Of a stretch of 64,000 nucleotides of DNA, positions 20,195-30,746 are shown in pieces. The notes below the pieces were generated by a model that had not been told where the DNA came from, searched no databases, and was given only the letters and a program-made list of their open reading frames with translations. How positions within the stretch are numbered: the stretch's first letter is position 1; each line of letters opens with the position of its first letter. Source of the DNA: an uncultured Desulfosarcina sp. (GTDB lineage Bacteria; Desulfobacterota; Desulfobacteria; Desulfobacterales; Desulfosarcinaceae); contig CAXXWQ010000003.1 of NCBI GenBank assembly GCA_963674945.2, positions 512,001-576,000 of the forward strand, given 5' to 3'. A program made the translations under genes and the position numbers.

Positions 20195-20763
20195 GGCGTT
20201 ACAATATTGCACCGTTTAACGGGTGGACGGTCCCATGTCCATACCAGGTGCCGGTCGTAAAAGGATTGTAAATAGCTGTAAAAGGCAAGGTCGTTGTCAA
20301 CAGGTCGATGAACGGAAAATCCCATTTTTGGTGCACATGTAAGGTTCATCCAGTTCGATGGAAGAAAAATATCGGTAAATAACATGGGCTTTGCCGTCGA
20401 TTGAACGGCAAGATGAACGATGATATGGTCCAGGTGGCCGTATTCCCCCCAAGGGTTGTGGGTGAATACGGCATCCGCAGCAGGGTCGATGTTGGCGGTG
20501 ATATTCGCCATCATCCGTTTGAGTTTTCCATCCCGGGTGGACAATCGATAAAATTCGCTCGCATAGTCCAGGGATCGAGCCCGGATTCCCAGCGCCGCTG
20601 CCATTTCCTGCAATGCGACCTTACGGTGCCGGCACCACTTTCGGTCAGGATTTGCGGAGTCATTTGAGCAAATCAAGATGGAGTCGACGGACCGCTCCAT
20701 CAGTACAGGCCAGCCGAAAATCACCTCGTCGTCCGGGTGGGCCATCACCAGCTGCAACTTCAT
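20179..20763 (-). CDS. PIG-L/LmbE family deacetylase
   Basis: AHPDDE and THNPWGEYGHLDH motifs. Confidence 0.85.
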   Translation of the reverse strand: MKLQLVMAHPDDEVIFGWPVLMERSVDSILICSNDSANPDRKWCRHRKVALQEMAAALGIRARSLDYASEFYRLSTRDGKLKRMMANITANIDPAADAVFTHNPWGEYGHLDHIIVHLAVQSTAKPMLFTDIFLPSNWMNLTCAPKMGFSVHRPVDNDLAFYSYLQSFYDRHLVWTWDRPPVKRCNIVTPWDQQ

Positions 20764-21440
20764 GGCCGGTGAACCCCGTAATGGCAGCGGACGGCATCGT
20801 GGCCTACGTGCAAGACGATTTCATTGCCGATGCCGACATGTTCGGCGCAAACACACCACTGGAATGGTAGCAAACAGGGAAAGAATCCCGTTTCCCAGCA
20901 AGCATGCCACCATGCCAGCGGCCCACGGACGGGCCGCTGCTCCATAATACGGCAAAACATTCGGGCGGTGGAAACCGCCTTGGCGTGTCGTTTGTCCAAA
21001 GCGGCGATGGCCGCGTTAAAGGCAAAACCGTTTCCTCCTCCTACAAAATCGACGCTCCCGCCGTCGATTCCAATGGTTGCATCGATCTTGGCCAGCATTC
21101 TTGGGTTGGCGGGCAAACACAAACCGAATTTTTCGGTCAAGGGAATAATGGTGTTCACTTCCGGGGCAACAATCCGCATATCCCCGTCAAAGGAGACACA
21201 AATTTCCGCATCGGATTCCAGCATCCCTTTGATCTGCCAATAATCATTCATATGATGGCCGTAGCGTGGATCATCTATTTGGAAGGGACGAGACACCCGG
21301 TGCACGGCATCAAAGCCCGGTGGGATTTGCGGAATGTCGGTAAACAAGGTAAAAAAGGCATCCGGAAAATAGTTGCGGAAGTGTTGGATTTCTAAATCTA
21401 CTACCCCGAACTCGGCGAAGATGACTTCGATTTTTTTCAT
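20760..21440 (-). CDS. hypothetical protein, possibly glycosyltransferase-like
   Basis: FTLFTD, SFDGD (DxD-like), C-terminal LHVGH; coupled to the PIG-L gene. Confidence 0.55.
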   Translation of the reverse strand: MKKIEVIFAEFGVVDLEIQHFRNYFPDAFFTLFTDIPQIPPGFDAVHRVSRPFQIDDPRYGHHMNDYWQIKGMLESDAEICVSFDGDMRIVAPEVNTIIPLTEKFGLCLPANPRMLAKIDATIGIDGGSVDFVGGGNGFAFNAAIAALDKRHAKAVSTARMFCRIMEQRPVRGPLAWWHACWETGFFPCLLPFQWCVCAEHVGIGNEIVLHVGHDAVRCHYGVHRP

Positions 21441-21674
21441 CAACAGGATTCGATTGGAAGATAGTAAAACAGCTTCAATTCGAGGGGTGGAATTATAAAA
21501 ACAAAATCAATCTGTCAACAACAATTCGCAACCGCAAGATCTACCGCAGTTGGATGGTAAATTAACATAACGGCCTTTTAAAATGAATAAAACATGCAGT
21601 CAAGATGGTGGCCAATTCTTGCCGACAAGCAGTTGTTTGAGAGATACAGTACACCAGTTCGTAAATTTGCCGAC

Positions 21675-24311
21675 CTATACTCTCTTTTCTTCCCTCTCCG
21701 ATTTCGATGCGGTCTCTTTGTCCGGAGACTGGATAGGCGGTTCGGATTCGGGAGCTTTTGCCATGGCTCGCGTATCATCGCTGCGAATATGCAGATCCCG
21801 TTGTGGGAATGCGATTTCAATACCGAGTTCGCGAAACCGATGGTCCAATGCGAAACGCACATCGGTGGATGTGCTGAAATAGTGATCGACACGTGCCCAG
21901 TAGCGAAGCCGAAATATGAGTGCGCTGTCACCATGATCCATGAACAGTACATCCGGTTTGGGGTATTGTAAGATCTGGGGAAGGTGATCGGGAATCTCCA
22001 GAAGTGTCCTTCGCACCAGTTCAATATCTGATCCATAGGCCACCCCGACATCCACGTGACGCCGCATGGTGGGATCCTTGAAACTCCAGTTGGTCACCTG
22101 CTGGCTGATAAAGTCCGAATTGGGAATGATGATCGTCGCATTGTCGAAGGTCTGCACAACCGTTGCCCGAACATTGATTTTCTTGACTTCGGCCCACAGG
22201 CCGTTTACTTCGACGTAGTCCCCCAACTGAATGGGCCGTTCGAAAAGCAAAATGAGACCACTGATAAAGTTGTTGAATATATTCTGTAATCCGAAACCGA
22301 TGCCGATGCTCAGAGCGCCGAATACCACCGCCAGTGAAGTTGCATTCACGCCCAGTACGCCCAGTGCCAGCAGGATCCCCAGTCCCCATCCGATATAACT
22401 GGAGATGGTAACGATGGAATCCTTGAGGCCTCGTTCAAAGTCTCTTGCGTCGAGAATTTTTTCGCTTAAAAACCGTTTTCCGATGCGTGTGGCGACATGG
22501 GTCATGTAAAATATGACCACGGCCAATAGGATCCCTTTGACACCGACACGCAAACTCCCCACTGAAAATTCAAAATTAAAAAGTGCCGCCAGCGCCGCAA
22601 CCATAAAATCCGAACCTGCCCAAGCGAAAAGAAGTCCGGCCAGCACGGCAGACAACCATACCAGGCGGGCGACCTGTATCAGGAGCCAGCCAACCGGTCC
22701 GACGACGATGGGCACGCTCCCGTCTTCCTGGGAATCGAACACGCGTTTTTGCGAAACGTGCCACTCCTGAATGGACAGCCAGCCTATCGTTGCCCACAGG
22801 AAAAGTGCAAATGTTTGTACCCATGAAACCAGCCAGTGTCTGGCCAAATTATGGTAACCGACGAGGTCCATCAACAAGGCGACACCAAAAACCATGAAAC
22901 TCAGACCACGAACGGAAAGGCAAAGGGCTTTGGAAGGTGAGGTTTCTCCCCGGCGGACACAATTCGTGAATGCAGTGTCAAACGCCCGCCAAAATGAAAC
23001 CACCCGGACAAACAGAAATATCTCCAAGGCCAAACGGAATATCCAGGTGGTCTCACTCTCTGTGCCGAACAGATTGATCATCAGGAAATAAACGATGATC
23101 AAAACACGCAGTACACGCAAAAACCCCACCGACCGGTGTTGAATCATACGTTGCAGGTCTGACTCGGAACCGCCCGAGCGGAGTTGAAAAAACGAAATTC
23201 CCCATTGTGTCAATAAGAGTGTAAATACCGTTTGTTTTAAAAATCCCGCAAAAAGGTAGTTGATGTGTGGGAGTTTCAACTGGTCATAAAGCCACAAGAG
23301 AACTGCGGCACATATGAGCAGGAAAGATCGTCGCAGCATAATCAAGGCCAATCGCCGCGTTGACATGGCAGGGCCATCCAAACGATGCTCGATCGATTGG
23401 AGAAATTTTCGGATTTTCCTTCTTGCAAAAATGGCAGAAAGAAACAGTACCAGCAAAATTGTTTGTGCGATGGAACCACTGCGCTGAAAGTTTACCCATT
23501 GCTGCTGCCAGAAACTTGCCTGGAGAAAACCACTGGTGCGATCCCAGGCCGCTATCAATTCCCGTTTCAAGCTGTTGATGCCCAGATTCGCCATTGGATG
23601 CAGATTTCGCTTGAACAACTCTGACTTCTCCTGCGATCGCAGGCGTTCTTCCAATTTCCGCTGGGTTTCCACCAAATCGGACTTCGTCTTTTTTAATTTG
23701 TCAAACAGTTCGGTAAAGTCTTGTAAAAACCGTTCACCCCGCCTCTTCTTGTCCAACAGAATTTCATGAAGCTTTCTTAAATTATTTAAAATTTCATTAT
23801 TTTTCGATCCTTTTGCTTTCTCCTCCCGAAGTTCCGTCATCCTTTTTTCAGCAATGGAAATGCGGTCGGAAAGCTGTGCGATCCAGTCGGGCACAATATT
23901 TCCAATCTTGGCAAATTCCTCGATTCGATCCGAAAGGCTTTTCACAGCGAGTCGATTGTTGTTCAAAGTGGTCTTGAGGATTTCGTTTTGCGTTTGCAGG
24001 GTAAGCAGCAGATTTTCGTCCGCGGTATTTTGTGCACGGTACGCTTTTATTTCGTTGATGGCGGTCTCTTTGAGTACCTCCCAACGTTGAAGGTTCTGTT
24101 CCATCACCGCCAGGTCGGATCGTTCTCCCTGGAACACACTTTCGAAGGGCAGCTTTGCCGGTTCTGTGGCTGTATTCGCTATTTGGGTTTCGACCTGAGA
24201 CGCTTCACCCAATTTTGCATCGGATGAAAATAAAAAGAGGAGAAGTATGCCTGCGGTCAACGTAACCCATACACATTGAAATAACGCTTTCCTGCGATTA
24301 TGAGAAAACAT
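21675..24311 (-). CDS. large mechanosensitive channel, MscS/MscK family
   Basis: Periplasmic coiled coil, many TM segments, GIGFGLQNIFNNFISG, IIPNS, GVAYGSD, IAFPQRDLH; start uncertain. Confidence 0.9.
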   Translation of the reverse strand: MFSHNRRKALFQCVWVTLTAGILLLFLFSSDAKLGEASQVETQIANTATEPAKLPFESVFQGERSDLAVMEQNLQRWEVLKETAINEIKAYRAQNTADENLLLTLQTQNEILKTTLNNNRLAVKSLSDRIEEFAKIGNIVPDWIAQLSDRISIAEKRMTELREEKAKGSKNNEILNNLRKLHEILLDKKRRGERFLQDFTELFDKLKKTKSDLVETQRKLEERLRSQEKSELFKRNLHPMANLGINSLKRELIAAWDRTSGFLQASFWQQQWVNFQRSGSIAQTILLVLFLSAIFARRKIRKFLQSIEHRLDGPAMSTRRLALIMLRRSFLLICAAVLLWLYDQLKLPHINYLFAGFLKQTVFTLLLTQWGISFFQLRSGGSESDLQRMIQHRSVGFLRVLRVLIIVYFLMINLFGTESETTWIFRLALEIFLFVRVVSFWRAFDTAFTNCVRRGETSPSKALCLSVRGLSFMVFGVALLMDLVGYHNLARHWLVSWVQTFALFLWATIGWLSIQEWHVSQKRVFDSQEDGSVPIVVGPVGWLLIQVARLVWLSAVLAGLLFAWAGSDFMVAALAALFNFEFSVGSLRVGVKGILLAVVIFYMTHVATRIGKRFLSEKILDARDFERGLKDSIVTISSYIGWGLGILLALGVLGVNATSLAVVFGALSIGIGFGLQNIFNNFISGLILLFERPIQLGDYVEVNGLWAEVKKINVRATVVQTFDNATIIIPNSDFISQQVTNWSFKDPTMRRHVDVGVAYGSDIELVRRTLLEIPDHLPQILQYPKPDVLFMDHGDSALIFRLRYWARVDHYFSTSTDVRFALDHRFRELGIEIAFPQRDLHIRSDDTRAMAKAPESEPPIQSPDKETASKSEREEKRV

Positions 24312-24539
24312 GGCGCCGCCGTCCGGACTTGTTGTTTTTAATGAGGATACCAATTGATTGCGACAAAAAATAGCAATAAAGTGCGTCACCGGCCACCCGC
24401 AGAGCGGGTGGCTTGGATATCGGGCTAGGGCCGGATATCCAAAAGCACGTCGGTGCTTTCATCGTTCGGGTTGGTTTCAGGTGCAAATCACCCGGTTTGA
24501 ATATGATGAATCAATATCATCCGTCAAGCGGATATCTTT

Positions 24540-25082
24540 TCAAAGGAACGCCGATAGATCCGATGGCACACAGGTTTCGGCCCAGTCGACGACCTGCTTT
24601 GTGTAACGTCCGAGGCGGCACAGACGCAGGAAAAAGCAGCGGGTCTGTTCGGTGGACAACCGGTTGGAAAAATAAAGCAATTTAGGCAAAAGCAACGCGT
24701 TGACATGGGGGATGCCGTGTCTGCGGCACGCCCTCACCGCCTTTCCGTCATCGATGATCACGAAACGAAATCCGCCGCACAAAAACATTCCCAGCGTGTC
24801 TCGCTCGCCCCGATGGAGATTTTTGATATCGTTATCAAGACCATACAGACGAGTCGGATCCGGACCATCCACGACGGCGATGCCCCGCCGCTTCTGGGCC
24901 AAGAGACGAAATTCCGCCGCTCCTGGTCGCCGGGGAACGGTCACCTCGGCGAACACACTGCTGGTCATGAGAAGTCTGACGAGCCGGCAACACGAATCGA
25001 TCAGACCGACCTTCTGCAGCAAAATGGCAGACGAGGCATCGATGATGGCACTGCTATCCGTGTTGACCGACGCTTTGCCCAT
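24540..25082 (-). CDS. PIN-like domain protein
   Basis: IIDASSAI, LHRGERDT, IIDDGKA acidic pattern. Confidence 0.65.
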   Translation of the reverse strand: MGKASVNTDSSAIIDASSAILLQKVGLIDSCCRLVRLLMTSSVFAEVTVPRRPGAAEFRLLAQKRRGIAVVDGPDPTRLYGLDNDIKNLHRGERDTLGMFLCGGFRFVIIDDGKAVRACRRHGIPHVNALLLPKLLYFSNRLSTEQTRCFFLRLCRLGRYTKQVVDWAETCVPSDLSAFL

Positions 25083-25113
25083 GGTCTCTTCTCCGACAAA
25101 TATCCTTCAATGG

Positions 25114-25200
25114 TTAGAGAAACGAACAATAGATCGCCGCGTCCTGTGCCGAAGTTAGCGCCCCTCCCCCCACCTGCCAGATTTCGCTGGTTATCTGCAT
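25114..25200 (-). pseudogene. N-terminal remnant of a probable MBL-fold metallo-hydrolase
   Basis: GAGGAGG RBS, then MQITSEIWQVGGGALTSAQDAAIY, resembling an MBL hydrolase N-terminus, then a stop after 28 codons. Confidence 0.55.
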
Positions 25201-25453
25201 AACACGACCTCCTCGAAATGGATTCGTTGCGTGAAGCCGCATCGCCATCGATATACACCGTTCTCGTTTCATCGCCATGATATCCATAACCGCGTGTTTC
25301 TTCAACCCGTTCGTAACAAACGGAAAGTTTGGTGGCAACCGCTTTGGTTCAAATACCATTTGCTTCCCTTTGGCGATTTAAGTAGAGTTGGGAAAAATTA
25401 CATCCGCCAACGATTTTGGGCCCACACCGTGAACCATTCATCGGGGAGGACTT

Positions 25454-27823
25454 ATGAAGGACAAACAGGGGAACAACCGACAAAACGAATCGATTTCCCC
25501 CAAGCGTTTGGCCCGATGGCTTCGAATCATCGAAGTCGGTTTGCCGCTGTTGGTTATCGTCCTCATCATCCTCAGCTGGTTTGTGGCCTTGAATTATCAG
25601 CGGACCCTGGTCGAGACGGTAATCGCCTCCTATCAGGAGACCCAATTGGAGGTGGTTCGCGCAGTGGCCCGCAGCATCCACCCGTTTTTGGAAGATCATA
25701 TCTCCCGGGGCGATTCCATTGACAATGTGGAACAGCAGATTCTCAAGCGGTTTGTGGCGCCCGTTCAGCTTCTGCAAAACGGTGATGCCTGGATCTACGC
25801 ACCGGATCACGTGGTCTTTGATCTGAGTTCCGATTTTCCCGACATCTATCGCGACAAAAGCATGAAGGAAATATTCGCCCTGCAAGCAAAAAAAGGCGCC
25901 GTGCACTATGAAGGGATGAGCACAGCCGTGACCCAGGCACGGGAAGGCGTCGGATGGTATGTCTGGCTCCCCGACAAAGGCAGGGAGATCGCGGCGTGGA
26001 CGCCGGTACGATTCGGCAGCTATGTCTGGACCATCGGACTCTCCACACCGCTTCCCGAAATCCTGCGTGCCACCGGTGCCGAGCGGCAAAAGCAAATGAT
26101 GCAGGCGGTCATGTCCCTGGCGACCTTGTTTGGTATCTGTTTTTCCCTTTCCGCGCTTTGGTGGGAACGTCGCCGGCGACAACTCCACCAGGCCATCGAA
26201 CGGCAAAACAGGGAATTGCAGTCTCTGGTCGGCAACCTGGAAAATGAGGTGAATCGGCGCAGTGCCAGCGAGTCGGCCACAAAAGAGCTGCACGAGCGGC
26301 TGAATACCCTCATCGAGGCACTTCCGGATGTTATTCATTTTAAAGACAACCGGGGACGCAACCTGGTGGTCAACAAGGCCTACGAGAATATGGCCGGCAT
26401 GGATAAACAGTCGATCCTGGGAAAACAGGACGATGATCTGCTGCCCCCCGATATTGCCGAACAATGCAAGGCTGCGGACGATCGGGTCAGGAAAGAAAAA
26501 ACGGCCGTACGTTTTGAAACGACCCAACGGTTATCCGATGGCCGGGTGGTGTACTGGGATGGGTTTAAAGCGCCTCTGTTCGACGAAGAGGGCCGGTTAA
26601 CCGGGCTGGTATGCGTCAATCGAGACGTCACCGATTACAAGGAGGCCGAAAAAGAGCGTCAGCGATTGCGCGAAAGACTTCTTATTTCCCAGAAAATGGA
26701 GGCCATCGGCACACTGGCCGGAGGCGTTGCCCATGATTTGAATAACATTCTCTCGGGGATCATCAATTATCCCGAGTTGTTGATCGACCGGCTGCCGCCG
26801 GATGATCCGTTATTGCGCCCCTTGCAGGTCATTCAATCCGCAGGCGAGCGGGCTGCCAGTATCGTACAGGATCTGTTGATCATGGCACGACGGGGCGTGG
26901 CCGACAAACAGGTCCTCGATGTAAACACGATTATCACAGACTATGTGAAAAGCCCGGCCCATCGCAAAAGAGTCCTGGCACATTTCGACGTTTGGGTGGA
27001 CCTGCGACTCGACGCCGACCTGATGCGTATTCGGGGCTCATCCGATGATATTGCCAAGATTGTGATGAATCTGATCATCAACGCCCAGGAATCCTTCGAC
27101 GGCCCCGGCACGATTACCGTTTCCACCGAAAATCGATATTTGGACGACGTAAAAGTCGGAACGACGGATATCAAAGAGGGTGAGTATGTACACCTGAGTG
27201 TCAGTGACGACGGCCCCGGAATTTCCCCTGAAGACCTTCCTCGCATTTTTGAACCCTTTTTCACGAAGAATAAATTGGGCATGAGTTCCACGGGCCTTGG
27301 TCTTGCGGTGGTATGGGGAACGGTGCAAGATCATCACGGCGCCATCGATGTGAAAAGCACTCCGGGCGAGGGAACCGTCTTTGACGTCTTCTTGCCGGCA
27401 ACCCGCGAAGTACCCGCCCAACCACCCGAGAAGATCGAGCGCGAACGGCTGATGGCCAGAAAAGAGTCGATTCTGGTGGTGGACGATATTCCCTTGCAGC
27501 GGGATATCGCCCATGAGATGCTGACTGGGCTCGGCTATCGCGTGCATGTGGTTGAAAGCGGCGAAGCGGCGGTGGAATATCTGCAGAACCACACCGTCGA
27601 CCTGGTGTTGCTGGACATGATCATGGGCGACGGCATGGACGGACTGGACACGTATCGCGCTATCAGTGCCCTTCAGGACATCCCCAAAGTGATCATCGCC
27701 AGCGGCTATGCGGAGACCGACCGGGTACGCGAAGCCCAACGGCTGGGTGCCGGTGCCTATGTCAAGAAGCCGTTTTTGATGGAAATCCTCGCCCGGGCCA
27801 TTCGCCGGGAACTGGAAAAATAG
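25454..27823 (+). CDS. hybrid sensor histidine kinase (periplasmic sensor-PAS-HisKA-HATPase-REC)
   Basis: Two TM segments, PAS, AGGVAHDLNN, NLIINA, FEPFFT, GLGL, LVVDD...LLDM. Confidence 0.92.
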   Translation: MKDKQGNNRQNESISPKRLARWLRIIEVGLPLLVIVLIILSWFVALNYQRTLVETVIASYQETQLEVVRAVARSIHPFLEDHISRGDSIDNVEQQILKRFVAPVQLLQNGDAWIYAPDHVVFDLSSDFPDIYRDKSMKEIFALQAKKGAVHYEGMSTAVTQAREGVGWYVWLPDKGREIAAWTPVRFGSYVWTIGLSTPLPEILRATGAERQKQMMQAVMSLATLFGICFSLSALWWERRRRQLHQAIERQNRELQSLVGNLENEVNRRSASESATKELHERLNTLIEALPDVIHFKDNRGRNLVVNKAYENMAGMDKQSILGKQDDDLLPPDIAEQCKAADDRVRKEKTAVRFETTQRLSDGRVVYWDGFKAPLFDEEGRLTGLVCVNRDVTDYKEAEKERQRLRERLLISQKMEAIGTLAGGVAHDLNNILSGIINYPELLIDRLPPDDPLLRPLQVIQSAGERAASIVQDLLIMARRGVADKQVLDVNTIITDYVKSPAHRKRVLAHFDVWVDLRLDADLMRIRGSSDDIAKIVMNLIINAQESFDGPGTITVSTENRYLDDVKVGTTDIKEGEYVHLSVSDDGPGISPEDLPRIFEPFFTKNKLGMSSTGLGLAVVWGTVQDHHGAIDVKSTPGEGTVFDVFLPATREVPAQPPEKIERERLMARKESILVVDDIPLQRDIAHEMLTGLGYRVHVVESGEAAVEYLQNHTVDLVLLDMIMGDGMDGLDTYRAISALQDIPKVIIASGYAETDRVREAQRLGAGAYVKKPFLMEILARAIRRELEK

Positions 27824-28003
27824 CCCCGACGGGAAATCAGGGCGTTACCTTGGCAATTTGACAACTTGAAATCGAAAATAGGACAATGGAAACGGCTCGG
27901 CGATAATACAACCTGTTGACACGAAATCAAAGAGCATGAAAGGATGGCCGGAATTTGTCTTCGGCCATTTCGTTTGAGCAAAAATCCAAGGAATCACACT
28001 CCA

Positions 28004-30514
28004 ATGACAAAAATAGTGCAAGCCTTCCAACGTCTGTACAACAACATTGTTTTTGGGCACCCCGTACGTGTTCTGATCTGCCTCATGATTCTCATTGCAG
28101 TTCTGGGATACAAGGCCAGGGACTTTCGGATCGACGCGTCGGCGGACGCCCTCTTACTGGAAAATGATAAGGATTTACGCTATTCTCGAAAAATCGCCGA
28201 ACGGTATGGGGTCCACGATTTTTTGCTCGTCGCCGTGAGCCCCCGAAATGGCGATCTTCTCGATGAAAAAAACCTGAATACATTGGACCGCTTGCGAGGC
28301 GAGATCGCAACCATGGATTGGGTCGAATCGGTCCTCACCATATTGGATGTACCACTGTTTGAAAGCCCGCCCGTCTCCTACTCGGAAATTTCCAATGAGA
28401 TTCCCAACCTGAAATCGCCTTCGGTCGACAAAAAACTGGCCAGAACCGAATTGCAGGAGAGCCCTTTTTACCGGGACCTTCTGGTCAGCCCGGACATGAA
28501 AACCACGTCCATCGTGGTCAACATCAAATCCGATCCGACATACACCGATCTGATCAACGAGCGAAATGGCTATCTGGATCAGAAGGCAGAAAATGGCCTG
28601 TCCCGCCGGGAGGCGCAAAGGCTCCATATCGTGTTAAAAGAGATCCGGACGCATAAAATCCGGATGAATGAAGAGCAGCATCGAAATATCGCACAGATTC
28701 GACAGATTCTGGATCAATACCGTCCCGATGCCAAGATTTTCCTCGGCGGCGTCAGCATGATCGCCGACGACATGATCACCATCATCAAAAACGATCTCAA
28801 GATTTTCGGCATCGGTGTTTTCCTGCTGCTGGTTTTCATGCTGGGCGTTATCTTCAAGAGTATGCGCTGGATTCTCGTTCCCATGCTCTGCTGTTTCTTA
28901 GCCGTCGTTTGCATGATGGGCGTTCTCGGCACCTTCGGCTGGGACGTGACGGTAATCTCTTCCAACTTCATCTCTCTGCAATTGATTATCACATTGGCCA
29001 TCGTGGTCCATCTGGTGGTGCGCTATCGGGAATATCAGGTCACCCGCCCTGACGCAGGACACCGCACCCTCACCCAGGAAACCGTCCGTACCAAGTTCGT
29101 CCCCTGCCTCTACGCGGCCCTTACCACCATTGCCGGTTTCGCCTCCCTGTTGCTCTGCGACATCAAACCCGTCATCCAATTCGGATGGATGATGAGCATC
29201 GGCATTCTTTTCTCCTTGGCGTTGACTTTTCTGCTCTTTCCATCCGGCGTTATTTTGCTGAAGAAACCGAATCCACCGATGCCACATAGGTTTTTCCGTT
29301 TTTCCATCCCCGGGTTTTTTGCCCGGTTGACCGAGAGGAAGGGGCCAGCGATCTTGATTATTACCGGTATCTTCTCGGTCCTGGCCGTGATGGGCATCTA
29401 TCGCCTGAAGGTGGAGAACAGCTTCATCGACTATTTTAAAAAATCGACCATGATCTACCAGGGAATGGCCGAAATCGATCAGAAATTGGGCGGTACCACG
29501 CCATTGGATGTGATCGTCCGATTCGATGCCGCCGCACCGGCAGCCGATCTTGCCGAGGAGAATGATCCGTTTGCCGACCCCTTCGACAATCCCGACGAAA
29601 CGGAGGATCCCAACAAATACTGGTTCATGGAAGACCGCATGGTGAAGATCGAACAGGTCCATGATTATCTGGAGAGCCTTCCCGCCACGGGAAAAGTTCT
29701 CTCATTGGCAACAGTGCTGAAAATCGGGAGAAGACTCAACGACGGCCAATCATTGGATAGCCTTGAAATGGCGGTTCTCTATTCGAAAATTCCAGACGAA
29801 TACAAGGATCTCATCTTGCGTCCGTATATCTCCTTCGATAACAATGAAGTCCGATTTACGATGCGCATCATCGATTCCATGCCAACGCTCAACCGCAATG
29901 CATTTCTCAAGAAAATCAAACACGATCTCGCCCATGAATTGAACATCGATAAAGGCAAGTTCCAATTGGCGGGGACGATGGTCCTGTACAACAACATGCT
30001 GCAAAGTCTGTTCGCATCCCAGATCAAGACTTTAGGAGTGGTGGCACTGGCACTGCTTTTGATGTTTGTACTGCTCTTTCGTTCCATTAAATTGGCATTG
30101 ATCGCCCTTTTTCCCAATCTTTTCTCGGCGGGTATTGTTCTGGGGGTAATGGGGTGGATGGACATCCCGCTGGACATCATGACAATCACGATTGCGGCCA
30201 TCAGTATCGGCATCGCCGTGGATGATACCATTCACTACATCTATCGATTTCGTGAGGAGATAAAGACCGACGGAGATTACATAAAAACCCTGCACAGATG
30301 CCACAACTCCATCGGCCATGCCATGTACTACACATCGATAACCATCATCATCGGTTTTTCGATCCTGGTCTTCTCCAACTTCTGGCCCACGATCTATTTC
30401 GGGATTTTTACCAGCTTGGCCATGCTGATCGCCCTCGTTGCCGCCTTGACGCTGCTTCCCTATCTTTTGATCATCGTAAAACCGTTTGGTCGAGGCGCGA
30501 GCAGCAGCCAATAG
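28004..30514 (+). CDS. MMPL/RND family transporter
   Basis: Two repeated membrane domains, TTIAGFASL, GIAVDDTIH. Confidence 0.88.
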   Translation: MTKIVQAFQRLYNNIVFGHPVRVLICLMILIAVLGYKARDFRIDASADALLLENDKDLRYSRKIAERYGVHDFLLVAVSPRNGDLLDEKNLNTLDRLRGEIATMDWVESVLTILDVPLFESPPVSYSEISNEIPNLKSPSVDKKLARTELQESPFYRDLLVSPDMKTTSIVVNIKSDPTYTDLINERNGYLDQKAENGLSRREAQRLHIVLKEIRTHKIRMNEEQHRNIAQIRQILDQYRPDAKIFLGGVSMIADDMITIIKNDLKIFGIGVFLLLVFMLGVIFKSMRWILVPMLCCFLAVVCMMGVLGTFGWDVTVISSNFISLQLIITLAIVVHLVVRYREYQVTRPDAGHRTLTQETVRTKFVPCLYAALTTIAGFASLLLCDIKPVIQFGWMMSIGILFSLALTFLLFPSGVILLKKPNPPMPHRFFRFSIPGFFARLTERKGPAILIITGIFSVLAVMGIYRLKVENSFIDYFKKSTMIYQGMAEIDQKLGGTTPLDVIVRFDAAAPAADLAEENDPFADPFDNPDETEDPNKYWFMEDRMVKIEQVHDYLESLPATGKVLSLATVLKIGRRLNDGQSLDSLEMAVLYSKIPDEYKDLILRPYISFDNNEVRFTMRIIDSMPTLNRNAFLKKIKHDLAHELNIDKGKFQLAGTMVLYNNMLQSLFASQIKTLGVVALALLLMFVLLFRSIKLALIALFPNLFSAGIVLGVMGWMDIPLDIMTITIAAISIGIAVDDTIHYIYRFREEIKTDGDYIKTLHRCHNSIGHAMYYTSITIIIGFSILVFSNFWPTIYFGIFTSLAMLIALVAALTLLPYLLIIVKPFGRGASSSQ

Positions 30515-30746
30515 CCCTAAGATAAAAACTTGATTTTTTTCAATGCATAGATAATGTTATCGGCAATCGCATTTTTTCAAATGCCTTCATTGAAACTTGG
30601 AAAGGCCCTAAAATACAAACCAGACAGGCATCTATCAATAGGGTAACAGAAAAATTCTCAAAACGTATTGACCTACTTTTTTTAGATCAATGATGATTCA
30701 AGTTTTGTCCAGCGCCCATCTATCAGCAAAAAGTTTTTGAATACGT

